Part shown: positions 8,706 through 17,622 of the stretch, piece after piece
Numbering within the stretch: the first letter of the stretch is position 1
Layout of the letters: every line of letters begins with the position of its first letter
Source of the DNA: a virus
Lineage: Duplodnaviria; Caudoviricetes
Reading direction: 5' to 3' (one strand)
DNA: 43,810 bases
IMG/VR virus record: IMGVR_UViG_3300036773_000157
Span: 1-43,810 of that record
Notes under the pieces: model-generated
What the model was told of the DNA's origin: nothing
Database searches by the model: none
Seen by the model: the letters and a program-made list of their open reading frames with translations, nothing else
Program-made: the position numbers and the translations under genes

Positions 8706-9292
8706 GCGGCGGCCTCAGGGGGTTTCACCAGGGTCGGGGTCTGGCGCTCGCGCAGGATGGCGTAGGCGCGGGCGACCGCATCAGCCTGGGCCTTGGCGTC
8801 GTCGAGGGCGTTGTGGTGCGTGCCGCCGTCGCGCTCGGGCTTGACGCCGGCCAGGTCGAAGATGGTCCGGGTGCAGCGGCTATCGTAGAACTGCCAGGGC
8901 GGCTCGATCCCGCAGACCCGGTAGGCGGCGCTCAGCAGCGGCTCGTCGAAGTTGCCGCCATGCCCCCAGAAGCGGGTCCCGCCGACCCGGCGCCAGAAGG
9001 CGCTGAACGCGTGCAGGGCCGCGACCATGGGCATGCCGGGGACCGTGAGCGCCTGGCGGGCGGCCTCGCTCCGCCCCAGCCACCAGAGGACCGTTTTCGC
9101 GTCGAGCGTCAGGCCGCAGCGCTGCGCGTCGGCCGGGTCGATCACCGCATAGAAGGTCTCCCCGGCGACGCTGCTGACGGGATCGAAGGCGACCGCGCCG
9201 ATGCTGACGATGACGGAGCCGGGCTGTACGCCAAACGTCTCCAGATCGACCATCACGTGGTTAGGGCGCGGCGGGGCGATGATGTCGTTCAC
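8702..9292 (-). CDS. DEDDh 3'-5' exonuclease (Rv2179c/DUF5051-like)
   Basis: VMVDLETFG, IVSIGAVAF, WGHGGNFDEPLL, RCTRT, HNALDDAKAQA; GTG start coupled to the upstream stop. Confidence 0.88.
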   Translation of the reverse strand: MNDIIAPPRPNHVMVDLETFGVQPGSVIVSIGAVAFDPVSSVAGETFYAVIDPADAQRCGLTLDAKTVLWWLGRSEAARQALTVPGMPMVAALHAFSAFWRRVGGTRFWGHGGNFDEPLLSAAYRVCGIEPPWQFYDSRCTRTIFDLAGVKPERDGGTHHNALDDAKAQADAVARAYAILRERQTPTLVKPPEAAA

Positions 9293-9696
9293 GCGCGATC
9301 TCCAGGCCTGCTCGGGGTTCGGTCTTCCGGTCCGGCCTCGACCGCATCGCAGAAGGCGTGGATGACCACGGGGATGGCGGCGGCCTTGCGGCGCGGCGCC
9401 AGGTCGCGGACCGCCTGGCCGGCCAGATCCGCCAGCACCAGCGCCTCGTCGGTGCAGGCGCACTCATGGGCCAGCACGCCGGCGGCGAGCGGCCGCACCG
9501 CCGCCAGCCGCTGCACCGCCGTGGCGAACACCTGCAGCTCGCGTTCCGCCAGGCTCTCGCCCGCCACCGCGGGCTGGTTACGCCGGACCGCCTCCAGCAG
9601 CCGCGTGGCGGCCTGGGCCTCCAAGGACAGGCCCGCCGCGAGCGAGGGCCTGCCGGCCCGGCCGGGGGGCGGGGGAAAATCGTAGAGGACGCCCAT
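9289..9696 (-). CDS. Hypothetical protein
   Basis: Coupled within the leftward operon. Confidence 0.6.
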   Translation of the reverse strand: MGVLYDFPPPPGRAGRPSLAAGLSLEAQAATRLLEAVRRNQPAVAGESLAERELQVFATAVQRLAAVRPLAAGVLAHECACTDEALVLADLAGQAVRDLAPRRKAAAIPVVIHAFCDAVEAGPEDRTPSRPGDRA

Positions 9697-9852
9697 CTAG
9701 GCCGCCCCGGCCGGGGCGTTGGCGCTCGCCCGCACGTCGGCCGCCACCATCTCCATCTGGGAGGCGGCGGCGAACAGGTCGCCGGCCTTCAGCTGGTCGG
9801 CGGCTTTCAGCAGGCGGCGAAGGCAGTCGAGGATGGCGTGCGGGTCCATCAT
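9697..9852 (-). CDS. Small hypothetical protein
   Basis: SD GGAGG before ATG 9852; MMDPHAILDCLRR... Confidence 0.55.
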   Translation of the reverse strand: MMDPHAILDCLRRLLKAADQLKAGDLFAAASQMEMVAADVRASANAPAGAA

Positions 9853-10118
9853 GCCGCCCTCCGCGCCGCGCCGGCCGCGGCCAGCGCGCCTTGCAGGGCG
9901 ACGAGCGTCACCCCGGGCCCGGCGGCCGTGGCGAACCAGTCGTCCTCGGCCTCGCACTTGACCGCCGCAAAGCCCCGGTCGCGGCCCGGCTGGTAGGCCG
10001 TGACCGGCGCCAGGCTCACCGGCCGGCCCTGGGCCAGCTCGGCCACCCGGGCGGCGAGATCGGGCAGCAGGTCGAACTTCTCCGGGATCGCCCCGACGAT
10101 GAGGGTCAGCAGCCGCAT
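9849..10118 (-). CDS. Hypothetical protein
   Basis: Coupled start and stop. Confidence 0.6.
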   Translation of the reverse strand: MRLLTLIVGAIPEKFDLLPDLAARVAELAQGRPVSLAPVTAYQPGRDRGFAAVKCEAEDDWFATAAGPGVTLVALQGALAAAGAARRAA

Positions 10119-10384
10119 CAGACCGGCCCTCCGACGATCGGTGCCAGCATCAGCCCCCAGGTCGCCAGGGCGATCAGCCCCAGCGCGAACAGGTAGGCGA
10201 GGCCCCAGAGCGTGCTGGCCGCCGCGACCATGAAGGCGAACGCCTGGCGGGGCGGCCAGCGTTCGTCGCCGCGGACATCGGGCCGGAAGCCGACCCCGGC
10301 CAGATCGATCTGGCCGCGGGCCAGGGGGCGGCTGCGGATCGGGCGCAGATAGGCCCGGGAGATGGCTTGCGGGTCGGACGGCAT
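10118..10384 (-). CDS. Small membrane protein
   Basis: Hydrophobic C-terminal half; coupled. Confidence 0.6.
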   Translation of the reverse strand: MPSDPQAISRAYLRPIRSRPLARGQIDLAGVGFRPDVRGDERWPPRQAFAFMVAAASTLWGLAYLFALGLIALATWGLMLAPIVGGPV

Positions 10385-10385
10385 C

Positions 10386-10778
10386 TCAGCCCCCGATCAC
10401 ATGGTTGACCAGCAGGATGACGACCGCCACGCCCAGGGCGCCGATGGCCAGCGCCGCGCCGATATCCTTGCGCCGCTCGCCGACCGCCCGGGCGATCCCG
10501 GCCCGCTGTTCGAGGGCGAGGGTCAGCCGCTGCAGCGCCTGTTCGGCGGCGTCCGCGCGGGCGTCGGCGATGTCGCGCCCGACCTGCAGCACGTCCAGTT
10601 CGGCCTGGAACACCTGGCCGACGGCGGCCTGGAATTCGGCGCGGTCCTGATAGACCGTGGTCGCCCCCCGATGGGTGACCGCCACCTGGTCGCTGGCGGC
10701 GCGGGCGTACAGCACCCGCTCGGCCGGGAAGGGGTGGAGGCTGGCGAACGGCGTTCGCATGGGCTCGGACATGGGCAT
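10386..10778 (-). CDS. First gene of the leftward operon; coiled coil plus C-terminal TM helix
   Basis: MPMSEP start; C-terminal IGAALAIGALGVAVVILLV. Confidence 0.6.
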   Translation of the reverse strand: MPMSEPMRTPFASLHPFPAERVLYARAASDQVAVTHRGATTVYQDRAEFQAAVGQVFQAELDVLQVGRDIADARADAAEQALQRLTLALEQRAGIARAVGERRKDIGAALAIGALGVAVVILLVNHVIGG

Positions 10779-10880
10779 CCCCCCGCCCCGCACCCAGACC
10801 CGGTTGAGAAGGGTCTTAGGGCGCATCCAACCTGAGCTCCGATCGGGATTGATCGGGGTCCGGTGCGGGGCACGGAGCGA

Positions 10881-10932
10881 ATGTAGCGGACTAATCGTCG
10901 CTATTGTCAAGCATATCGGGACATATAATCCG
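10881..10932 (-). promoter_or_regulatory. PL-like promoter with two operator-like sites
   Basis: Minus strand TTGACA-17 nt-GCTACAT (Caulobacter-type sigma70 -10); sites CGGACTAATCGTCG (10887-10900) and GGACATATAATCCG (10919-10932). Confidence 0.7.
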
Positions 10933-11033
10933 TAAATTGTTTCACGTGGAGCAGCGACTCAGCGTGACCAATCGCCAAGAATCGATCGCTTGAGATCGCA
11001 ATCTGAGGGCGCACAGTGCGTCTGGAGGTGGGC

Positions 11034-11501
11034 ATGGTCTGGATTTTGGTGGCGGTCGCTGCAGCGATCTTGATTTTCGTCGTCGTGCAAAATCAGCGGC
11101 GTCCGGTCGCCGCAGTAGGTGGCGGGCTGACGGTTCGTTTCCCAGGCGATGGCGACTACGAAACCGACATCGTCGGCGAGTCGAATTATCAGACCGACCT
11201 GGAGGCGATTTGCGGCGGGCGATCGAAGGAAAGCCACGAGTTCGAGTGCGAAGCGATGCTAAGGCGTGAGCCGGATAATCCCTATGATCCCAATGCGGTC
11301 TGTGTGTGGGTCCAAGATCGCCGCGTCGGCTATCTCGCGCGACCGCTGGCCGCGGCGTTCAGCCAGATGGCGGCGGCTCGCGGGGTCACCGCGGTCGTCT
11401 GTGACGCCCTGATCGTGGGCGGCTGGCGAGACGCCAAGGGCGAGAGCCACTTCGGCGTCAAGCTGGATCTCGTCGAGGATGACCTAGACGATGAGGGTTA
11501 G
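11034..11501 (+). CDS. HIRAN-domain protein with N-terminal membrane anchor
   Basis: SD GGAGG; MVWILVAVAAAILIFVVV; IVGESNYQ, LRREPDNPYDPNAVCV, VGYLAR. Confidence 0.85.
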   Translation: MVWILVAVAAAILIFVVVQNQRRPVAAVGGGLTVRFPGDGDYETDIVGESNYQTDLEAICGGRSKESHEFECEAMLRREPDNPYDPNAVCVWVQDRRVGYLARPLAAAFSQMAAARGVTAVVCDALIVGGWRDAKGESHFGVKLDLVEDDLDDEG

Positions 11502-11510
11502 GTCCGCCGT

Positions 11511-12104
11511 CTACAGCGTCAGGATCGCGTGGATCGCGCGCACTGAGGAGGCGTCATAGCGCACCTCCTTTTCTGGATTGTACTGCGCGACGAAGACCTG
11601 GCCATCCCGCTCCCGCTTGTAGGTCTTCAGGACGGCCGTGCCATCGTGGAATTCCAGGATGGCGTCCTGGTCACGCCCAGGCGGGACGCCCCGCTGCACC
11701 AGCTTGCGCTCGCCCGGCCAAATCCTTGGTTCCATGCTGCTGCCGATCGCCTGCACCACGAAGAACTCGCCCTTCAGCGACATGCCGCGCGGAAGATCGA
11801 CCATGTCGAGGATTTGGCCGTCGTTGAGGGCGAACCGCTCGCCGTCTGAGCCCGCCGCGAAACCGTAGAGAGGCACGCGCATGCGGTCCGCCCAGTCGCC
11901 GGCGTTGGGATTGTCGTTCTGCGCATCGGTCAGGAACGCCTCGACGACTTGCAGCTGATCGACGCGCAGCGGGCCGCCCTTCTTCAGCGTGCGAGCGAGC
12001 TGACTGCGGTCCATTTTGAGGCGTTCGGCGAGGCGAGTGCGTGTGCCGCGGTCGGTGCCTTCGAGCCGCTGAGCCACGGATTGCCAGTCGAGGAGATCTT
12101 GCAT
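11511..12104 (-). CDS. cI: CI-like repressor (HTH + S24 autopeptidase)
   Basis: LAERLKMDRSQLARTL HTH; VPLYGFAAG cleavage region; GSSMEPRI (Ser) and AVLK (Lys); divergent from cro. Confidence 0.9.
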   Translation of the reverse strand: MQDLLDWQSVAQRLEGTDRGTRTRLAERLKMDRSQLARTLKKGGPLRVDQLQVVEAFLTDAQNDNPNAGDWADRMRVPLYGFAAGSDGERFALNDGQILDMVDLPRGMSLKGEFFVVQAIGSSMEPRIWPGERKLVQRGVPPGRDQDAILEFHDGTAVLKTYKRERDGQVFVAQYNPEKEVRYDASSVRAIHAILTL

Positions 12105-12142
12105 GTGACGCAAGATCGCCCCGTCCGCAGTCACATAGCTAT

Positions 12143-12221
12143 TGACGGATAGACCCAAATCACCCCAGCCCAAGCGACATATTATCAACGACGGATAGTC
12201 GCTAATGGGACAAATAATCCC
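12143..12221. promoter_or_regulatory. OR-like switch region with four operator-like sites
   Basis: TGACGGATAGACCC 12143-12156, CGACATATTATCAA 12175-12188, CGACGGATAGTCGC 12189-12202, GGACAAATAATCCC 12208-12221; approximate GAC-N6-RTC core shared with the PL sites. Confidence 0.65.
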
Positions 12222-12465
12222 AATCAGCAATGGTGAAGCTCCACTTTCCCCTTCGAGGAGGGTCCGGAGGGTGCTGGGCGCAGTTCGTTTGGCGCGCATT
12301 TGCAATCGCGGCACCGATGCGATTCGCAAGTGGGATCGCGCCAAATCGAAGGGCGGGACCGGTGGATTGGTCCCGGCTGAATTCCAAGCGCGGATACTTC
12401 GTGTGGCGGAGGTCGAGGGCCTGCCGCTGACGGCGCGCGACTTAATCGCGGAGCCGATCGAGTGA
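12205..12465 (+). CDS. cro: Cro-like HTH protein
   Basis: LGAVRLARICNRGTDAIRKW...GGTGGLVPAEFQARIL..A...GLPLTARDL; divergent from cI. Confidence 0.8.
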   Translation: MGQIIPISNGEAPLSPSRRVRRVLGAVRLARICNRGTDAIRKWDRAKSKGGTGGLVPAEFQARILRVAEVEGLPLTARDLIAEPIE

Positions 12466-12683
12466 GCCGGACGCACGCGCCCCGCCTCTGGATGTGCAGC
12501 ATCAGACAGCCCCATCGGATCTCGTCTGCGGCCCCCCGCAGACACGTGTGCGTCCCCTCCCTGCAAGTTATCCGGGCACTTACGGCCCGTGACTTCAACT
12601 CTAGCTTGGGGTTCCGGCCGGAGTCTCGGATAAGATTCACAAAACCCGACGCGCCGTCGGTTCGCGGCGGCCGGGGCGCATGA
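12462..12683 (+). CDS. Possible small ORF
   Basis: Overlaps the cro stop (GTGA) and the next start (ATGA), but composition is atypical. Confidence 0.3.
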   Translation: MSRTHAPRLWMCSIRQPHRISSAAPRRHVCVPSLQVIRALTARDFNSSLGFRPESRIRFTKPDAPSVRGGRGA

Positions 12684-13066
12684 ACCGCCTGCGCCCCAGC
12701 CCGCCGCCGCTCGTCCGGCCGCGCGAGCTGCGGCTGGACTGGCGTGGCTGGCTGGCGGCGGCGCGGGCCCGGGCGGCGGCGGCGCTGGACGGCGCGGGCC
12801 TCGACAAGCGCGAGGAGTTCGACCTGGTGCACGGGGCGGTGCGCACCGCGCAGACCGTGTTCCCGGTCGCCGACGCGCCCGCCCAGGGCATGGCCCGGGC
12901 GTTCGCGGCGCTGGCCAAGACCTTCGTGGAGACCACCGACCCGGCCCGCCGCGCGCAGATGGCGCCGGCGCTGGAGCGGCTGGCCGCGGCGCTGGACGAC
13001 ATCCTGGACGAGCCGGCGATGGCGGCGGCGCGGGCCGCGCGGGTGCAGCAGGGGGAGCGGGAATGA
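12680..13066 (+). CDS. Hypothetical protein
   Basis: High GC3; coupled to the next gene. Confidence 0.6.
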   Translation: MNRLRPSPPPLVRPRELRLDWRGWLAAARARAAAALDGAGLDKREEFDLVHGAVRTAQTVFPVADAPAQGMARAFAALAKTFVETTDPARRAQMAPALERLAAALDDILDEPAMAAARAARVQQGERE

Positions 13067-13819
13067 CGGCGGCGGCGATTTCGAAGTTCGACGGCGCGGC
13101 CGGCTTCGGCCCGACCGCGCGGCCCGACCGGCTGAACGCCGCCGATCCCGCGCTGCGGGCGTTCGTCGCCCTGCAGCGGCGGCGCGGGGTGAGCTGGGAC
13201 GGCCTGGCCCGGATGCTGGGCCGGCCGGGGGCCGACGTGCGCGCGGCGTTCGAACCGGCCCCGGCCGCCGCCACCGGGGCTGCGCCGCCGATCGCCGCGG
13301 GCGCCCCGCCGCGCCCGCCGGCCGCCGGGCCGCCCCAGGGCCGGGTGAACCTGGGCCCCGGGCGCCTGCGGGTGCTGCAGGCCCTGGCGGACGGGGCCCG
13401 CCGGCGGCCGGAGGTGGCGGCGGCCTCCGGCGTCTCGGAGACGATGATCTCGCAGCACATGACTTGCCTGCTCGCCGCCGGGCTGGTGACGCTGCTGGGC
13501 TACGGCGTCTGGCAGGCGAGTCCGCAGGGCCTGCGAACCCTGCGCACCGCCGCCCGCGCCGCCGCCAAGGCGCCGCCGCGCGTGAAGCGCCAGACCCCGC
13601 GCACCCAGGTGCTGGCCGCCCTGGCGGCCGGCGCGCGCACCCCCCCGCACGGCCGGCGAGGCCTGCGATCCCCCGTGCACCCGCACCGCCATGGAACGGG
13701 CGCTCTATCGCCTGCGCCTCGACGGGCTGGCCGAGCGGGCCGACCGGTCGTGGGCGCTGACCGCGGCGGGGCGGGCGGAGCTTGAGCGGCTGAAGCATCA
13801 AGGGGGAGAACTGTCATGA
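13063..13819 (+). pseudogene. Multi winged-helix protein interrupted by a +1 frameshift at C7 (13640-13646)
   Basis: The +1 frame after the run reads PRTAGEACDPPCTRTAMERALYRLRLDGLAERADRSWALTAAGRAELERLKHQGGELS*, a wHTH like the preceding one, and ends in an ATGA overlap with the next gene. Confidence 0.7.
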
Positions 13820-14490
13820 GCTGGACGAAGCTTGCGCCAATTGCGAAGACCACGGGCCGGCCGATGGCCAGCGCCACGATCGTCGTCCTCAAGGACGGCG
13901 TTCCGAAGATCTCCCTGATCCTGTCGGCGTCACTGAAGGACGAGTTCGGCGATCCGACCCGCGCCGACGTGCTGGCGGGCGAAGGCGAATATGCCGACTG
14001 CGTGCGGCTGGAATTCCGGCCCGACGGGGATTTCGACGTGCGCGGCTTCGTGCATGGCGGCGCGCGGATCTTCCTGCCTGTTCCGGACGGCCTGCCGCGC
14101 CGCGCCTGCGCCAACGCGCCCTGCGCCGTGGTGGAAAAGCAGGTCCGCAACCACGATGTCCTCATCGCCGCGGGCCAGCCGGCCGAATTTGACAGCGTGG
14201 TCCTGCGCCTGCCGGTCGAGGACTGGACGCGCGTCGCCCCGCCCGCCAACCGTGGGACCGCGCCAGCCCCCCCCCCACCCGCTCCCACAGGCCCGCCCAA
14301 GGTCGGCAACGGCGCCCCGCTGGATGTCGCCGAGTACCTGACCGGCAAGGGGGTGAAGTGCGCGCGGCTGGCCGGCGAGCGGTTCCAGCTGAACGGCGAG
14401 GTCGTGCAGTTCGGGGCGGTCCTCAAAGCGGTCAACGATCATCGCGCCGGCGCGGGCCTCGATCCGCTCGCACGCACCCAGGTTCGGTGA
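13816..14490 (+). CDS. Hypothetical protein
   Basis: SD GGGGAG; two domains joined by a Pro linker containing a C10 run. Confidence 0.75.
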   Translation: MSWTKLAPIAKTTGRPMASATIVVLKDGVPKISLILSASLKDEFGDPTRADVLAGEGEYADCVRLEFRPDGDFDVRGFVHGGARIFLPVPDGLPRRACANAPCAVVEKQVRNHDVLIAAGQPAEFDSVVLRLPVEDWTRVAPPANRGTAPAPPPPAPTGPPKVGNGAPLDVAEYLTGKGVKCARLAGERFQLNGEVVQFGAVLKAVNDHRAGAGLDPLARTQVR

Positions 14491-14497
14491 GGGCGGC

Positions 14498-16573
14498 ATG
14501 AGGGGCGCTCACCCGACTGACGAACTGATCATCGACCTGTTCGCCGGCGGCGGCGGGGCGTCGACGGCGATCCTGAACGCCACCGGGCGCCATCCGGACG
14601 TGGCCGTGAACCACGACCTCGACGCGATCGGTATGCACGAGGCCAACCACCCGGCGACGCGGCACTTCCACTGCGACGTGCGCGAGGTTGATCCGGTCGT
14701 GGCCTGCACCGTGGACGGCGTGCTCCAGCCCGTCGGCTTGATGTGGGCGTCGCCCGACTGCACGCATTTCTCCAAGGCCCGCGGCGGCATGCCGGTCGAG
14801 AAGGGCATCCGCAGCCTGGCCGACGTGGTCGTGGACTGGGCGCGCGCCGTGCGGCCGCGGCTGATCCATCTCGAGAACGTCGAGGAGTTCCAGGACTGGG
14901 GCCCCGTGCTGGAGAACGGCCAACCCTGCCCGGAGCGCAAGGGGCTGGACTTCCGGCGCTGGGTCAAGGCGCTGGAGGACCTGGGCTACGTCGTCGACTG
15001 GCGCGAGCTGGTCGCCGCCGACTATGGCGCGCCGACCACCCGCAAGCGGCTGTTCCTGATCGCCCGCTGCGACGGCGAGCCGATCCGCTGGCCGGCGCCG
15101 ACCCATGCCAGCCGCGCCAAACTGGCCAAGGGCGAACTGTTCGGCAGCGCGCTGAAGCCGTGGCGGTCTGCCGCCGAGATCATCGATTGGTCTCTGCCGA
15201 TCCCCTCGATCTGGGACCGCAAGAAGCCTCTGGCCGACAAGACTCTCGCCCGGATCGCCAAGGGCGTCCGCCGCTTCGTGATCGAGAGCCCCAAGCCGTT
15301 CATCGTGCCGCTAACCCACAGCGGGCCGGGCCGGGTGCACGACCTGGCGGACCCGCTGCGCACGGTCACCGGGGCCAACGGCGGGGAGTTCTCGCTGATC
15401 GAACCGACCCTGGCTGTCGCCGGCGCCAGCGTCGGCGTGGGCGGCCGGGCCGGCCAGAGTCCGCCGCGCGGGCTGGACGACCCGTTGCATACCGTGATGG
15501 CCAAGGGTGACCGCGCCATCGCGTCCGCCATGCTGGTGCCGCGCTACGGCGAGCGGGAAGGGCAGGCGCCGCGCTCGCTCGACATCGGCGCGCCCTATCC
15601 GACCGTGGTCCCGACGGGGAACGGCGGCGACCTGAGCGTCGCCTACCTGAGCCGGCAGTTCGGCTCGACCGTCAGCGGTCGTGACCTCGACGAACCCGCG
15701 CCCACCGTCATGGGCGGGCGGGCCGCCGGCGGGAAGTCCGGCGTGGTCGCCGCGCACCTGTCGCGCATGGCCAAGGGCTCGGTCGGCGGCGATCTTGCCG
15801 ACCCCGCCAAGACGCTGCTGGCGCACAGCAAGGATGCGATCGTCGCAGCGCACCTCTCCAGCATCGCCTATGGCGACGACCGTCCGCGGGCCGGGCTGCG
15901 CGCTTCCTCCCCCGAGGAGTCCGTGGGGACGGTCACCGGGTCGAACGACAAGACCGTCGTCGCCGCCTGCCTGGAAAAATATTACGGGACCGGCGCCGCC
16001 GGGGCGGACGCTGAACAGCCGCTGCCCACCATCACCGACCGGATGCGCTTCGGTCTGGCCGGCGTGTTCATGGAGCAGGCGAACACCGGCATGGTCGGCC
16101 ATCCCATGGAGCGCCCGCTCAGCACCATCGTGGCCGGCGGCGGCGAGCACGTCGGCTGGGGAACAACTCAACGCCTGATCGAAGTCCGCCTCGCGGAGAT
16201 CGAATCCGAGGCCGGCCCGCGCCGCCGCAAGGTGCTGGAGTTCCTCTGGGCCCACTTCGGGCCGCCCAGCGAGGACGAATGGGCCGACCCGATCGCCACG
16301 GCCATGGGCCGGCTGCGCCTGGGCCTGGTGAGGATCGCCGGGGCCGTCTGGCAGATCGTCGACATCGGCATGCGCATGCTGGTCCCGCGCGAGCTGTTCA
16401 ACGCACAGGGCTTCCCGCCCGGCTACATCATCGACCGCACGGCCGACGGCCGCCCGATCACCAAGACCTCGCAGACCGCCAAGGCCGGCAACAGCGTCAG
16501 CCCGCCGATGGCCGAGGCGACGCTGCGGGAAAACCTGACGTGGATGACGCTGCCCGATCGGAGGGCCGCATGA
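14498..16573 (+). CDS. DNA (cytosine-5)-methyltransferase with expanded variable region
   Basis: Motif I DLFAGGGG, IV WASPDCTHFS, VI LENVEEF, VIII YGAPTTRKRLF, IX RELFNAQGFP, X AGNSVSPP. Confidence 0.95.
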   Translation: MRGAHPTDELIIDLFAGGGGASTAILNATGRHPDVAVNHDLDAIGMHEANHPATRHFHCDVREVDPVVACTVDGVLQPVGLMWASPDCTHFSKARGGMPVEKGIRSLADVVVDWARAVRPRLIHLENVEEFQDWGPVLENGQPCPERKGLDFRRWVKALEDLGYVVDWRELVAADYGAPTTRKRLFLIARCDGEPIRWPAPTHASRAKLAKGELFGSALKPWRSAAEIIDWSLPIPSIWDRKKPLADKTLARIAKGVRRFVIESPKPFIVPLTHSGPGRVHDLADPLRTVTGANGGEFSLIEPTLAVAGASVGVGGRAGQSPPRGLDDPLHTVMAKGDRAIASAMLVPRYGEREGQAPRSLDIGAPYPTVVPTGNGGDLSVAYLSRQFGSTVSGRDLDEPAPTVMGGRAAGGKSGVVAAHLSRMAKGSVGGDLADPAKTLLAHSKDAIVAAHLSSIAYGDDRPRAGLRASSPEESVGTVTGSNDKTVVAACLEKYYGTGAAGADAEQPLPTITDRMRFGLAGVFMEQANTGMVGHPMERPLSTIVAGGGEHVGWGTTQRLIEVRLAEIESEAGPRRRKVLEFLWAHFGPPSEDEWADPIATAMGRLRLGLVRIAGAVWQIVDIGMRMLVPRELFNAQGFPPGYIIDRTADGRPITKTSQTAKAGNSVSPPMAEATLRENLTWMTLPDRRAA

Positions 16574-16818
16574 CGCCCGAAGACGAAGCCTTCTGGCGCG
16601 ATGCGCCTGAGCGCGTGAATCACCCGCGCCACTACAACGCCCATCCCTCTGGGGTGGAGTGCATCACGATCGTCGAGCACATGAGCTTCAACGTCGGCAA
16701 CGCCATCAAGTACCTGTGGCGCGCCGATGAGAAGGGCGCGCCGATCGAGGATCTTGAGAAGGCGGCCTGGTACATCGCCCGAGAGATCGCCAAGCGCAAG
16801 GCGGCCTCCCATGCTTGA
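16570..16818 (+). CDS. DUF3310-family protein
   Basis: VNHPRHY..HPSGVECI....FNVGNAIKYLWRA..KG..IEDLEKAAWYI. Confidence 0.88.
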   Translation: MTPEDEAFWRDAPERVNHPRHYNAHPSGVECITIVEHMSFNVGNAIKYLWRADEKGAPIEDLEKAAWYIAREIAKRKAASHA

Positions 16819-17314
16819 GCGCCCCATCCTGATCCGCGCCATCCTCCTGGACGGCCTCGATGAAGACGGCAACGCCCGGGTGCAGGTCAACTACGCGCCC
16901 GGCACGGCTTCCGCACATGGGCGCACGCGGTTCGTCGACCCGGCGGCGATCGTCGAGCTGCCGCTGTCGCGGGCCTGGCTGGACATCTTCGCCGAGCGTC
17001 ACCGCCAGGTGCGTGTGGAAGGCTGGACGCCGGACCTCGACGACGAGCACCACGGCGGCGGCGGCATGGCCCGCGCGGCGGCCTGCTACGCCTATGCGGG
17101 CAGCTTGGATCACCCCACGCGCCGCGAGCGGGTCGTGCAGGCGCTGTGGGACAGGCGCGGCTCGGAAGACGGACGGCCGATCAAGCTGCTGTGGCCCTGG
17201 GCCATGCGCTGGTGGAAGCCGAAGGACCGCCGCCGCGACCTGGTGCGCGCCGGCGCCCTGATCATCGCCGAGCTCGAACGGCTCGACCGCGCCCGCGTAG
17301 GGGCGGGCGCATGA
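16811..17314 (+). CDS. Conserved phage protein, possibly MazG-like all-alpha fold
   Basis: AERHRQ..EGWTPDLDDEH...AAACYA...WPW..WWKPKD.RRDLVRAGALIIAELERLDR. Fold assignment is inference. Confidence 0.75.
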   Translation: MLERPILIRAILLDGLDEDGNARVQVNYAPGTASAHGRTRFVDPAAIVELPLSRAWLDIFAERHRQVRVEGWTPDLDDEHHGGGGMARAAACYAYAGSLDHPTRRERVVQALWDRRGSEDGRPIKLLWPWAMRWWKPKDRRRDLVRAGALIIAELERLDRARVGAGA

Positions 17315-17327
17315 GCGCCAAGATCTC

Positions 17328-17621
17328 CTACGCCGCCTCGGCCGGCGCCACCGTCAGCTTCAGGTGCAGGGCGGCGATCACCTTCAGGAAGGTGTCCAGC
17401 GTCGGGTTGCCCTCGGCGCTGAGCGCCTTGTGCAGGGCCTGGCGCGACAGGCCGGTCTGTTCGGCCAGGGTGGACATGCCACGGGAGCGGGCGACGGTTC
17501 CGAGGGCGTGGGCGATGTCGGAAGGGTTGCCTTCGGCGAACACCGCCTCCAGCACGCCGGCGACATCGTCGGGGGTTTCGATCAGGTGCGCTAGGTCAAG
17601 CGGCAGGGTCTTCAGGGCCAT
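17328..17621 (-). CDS. Addiction-module antidote (HTH antitoxin)
   Basis: IAHALGTVARSRGMSTLAEQTGLSRQALHKALSAEGNPTLDTFLKVIAAL. Confidence 0.92.
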   Translation of the reverse strand: MALKTLPLDLAHLIETPDDVAGVLEAVFAEGNPSDIAHALGTVARSRGMSTLAEQTGLSRQALHKALSAEGNPTLDTFLKVIAALHLKLTVAPAEAA

Positions 17622-17622
17622 C

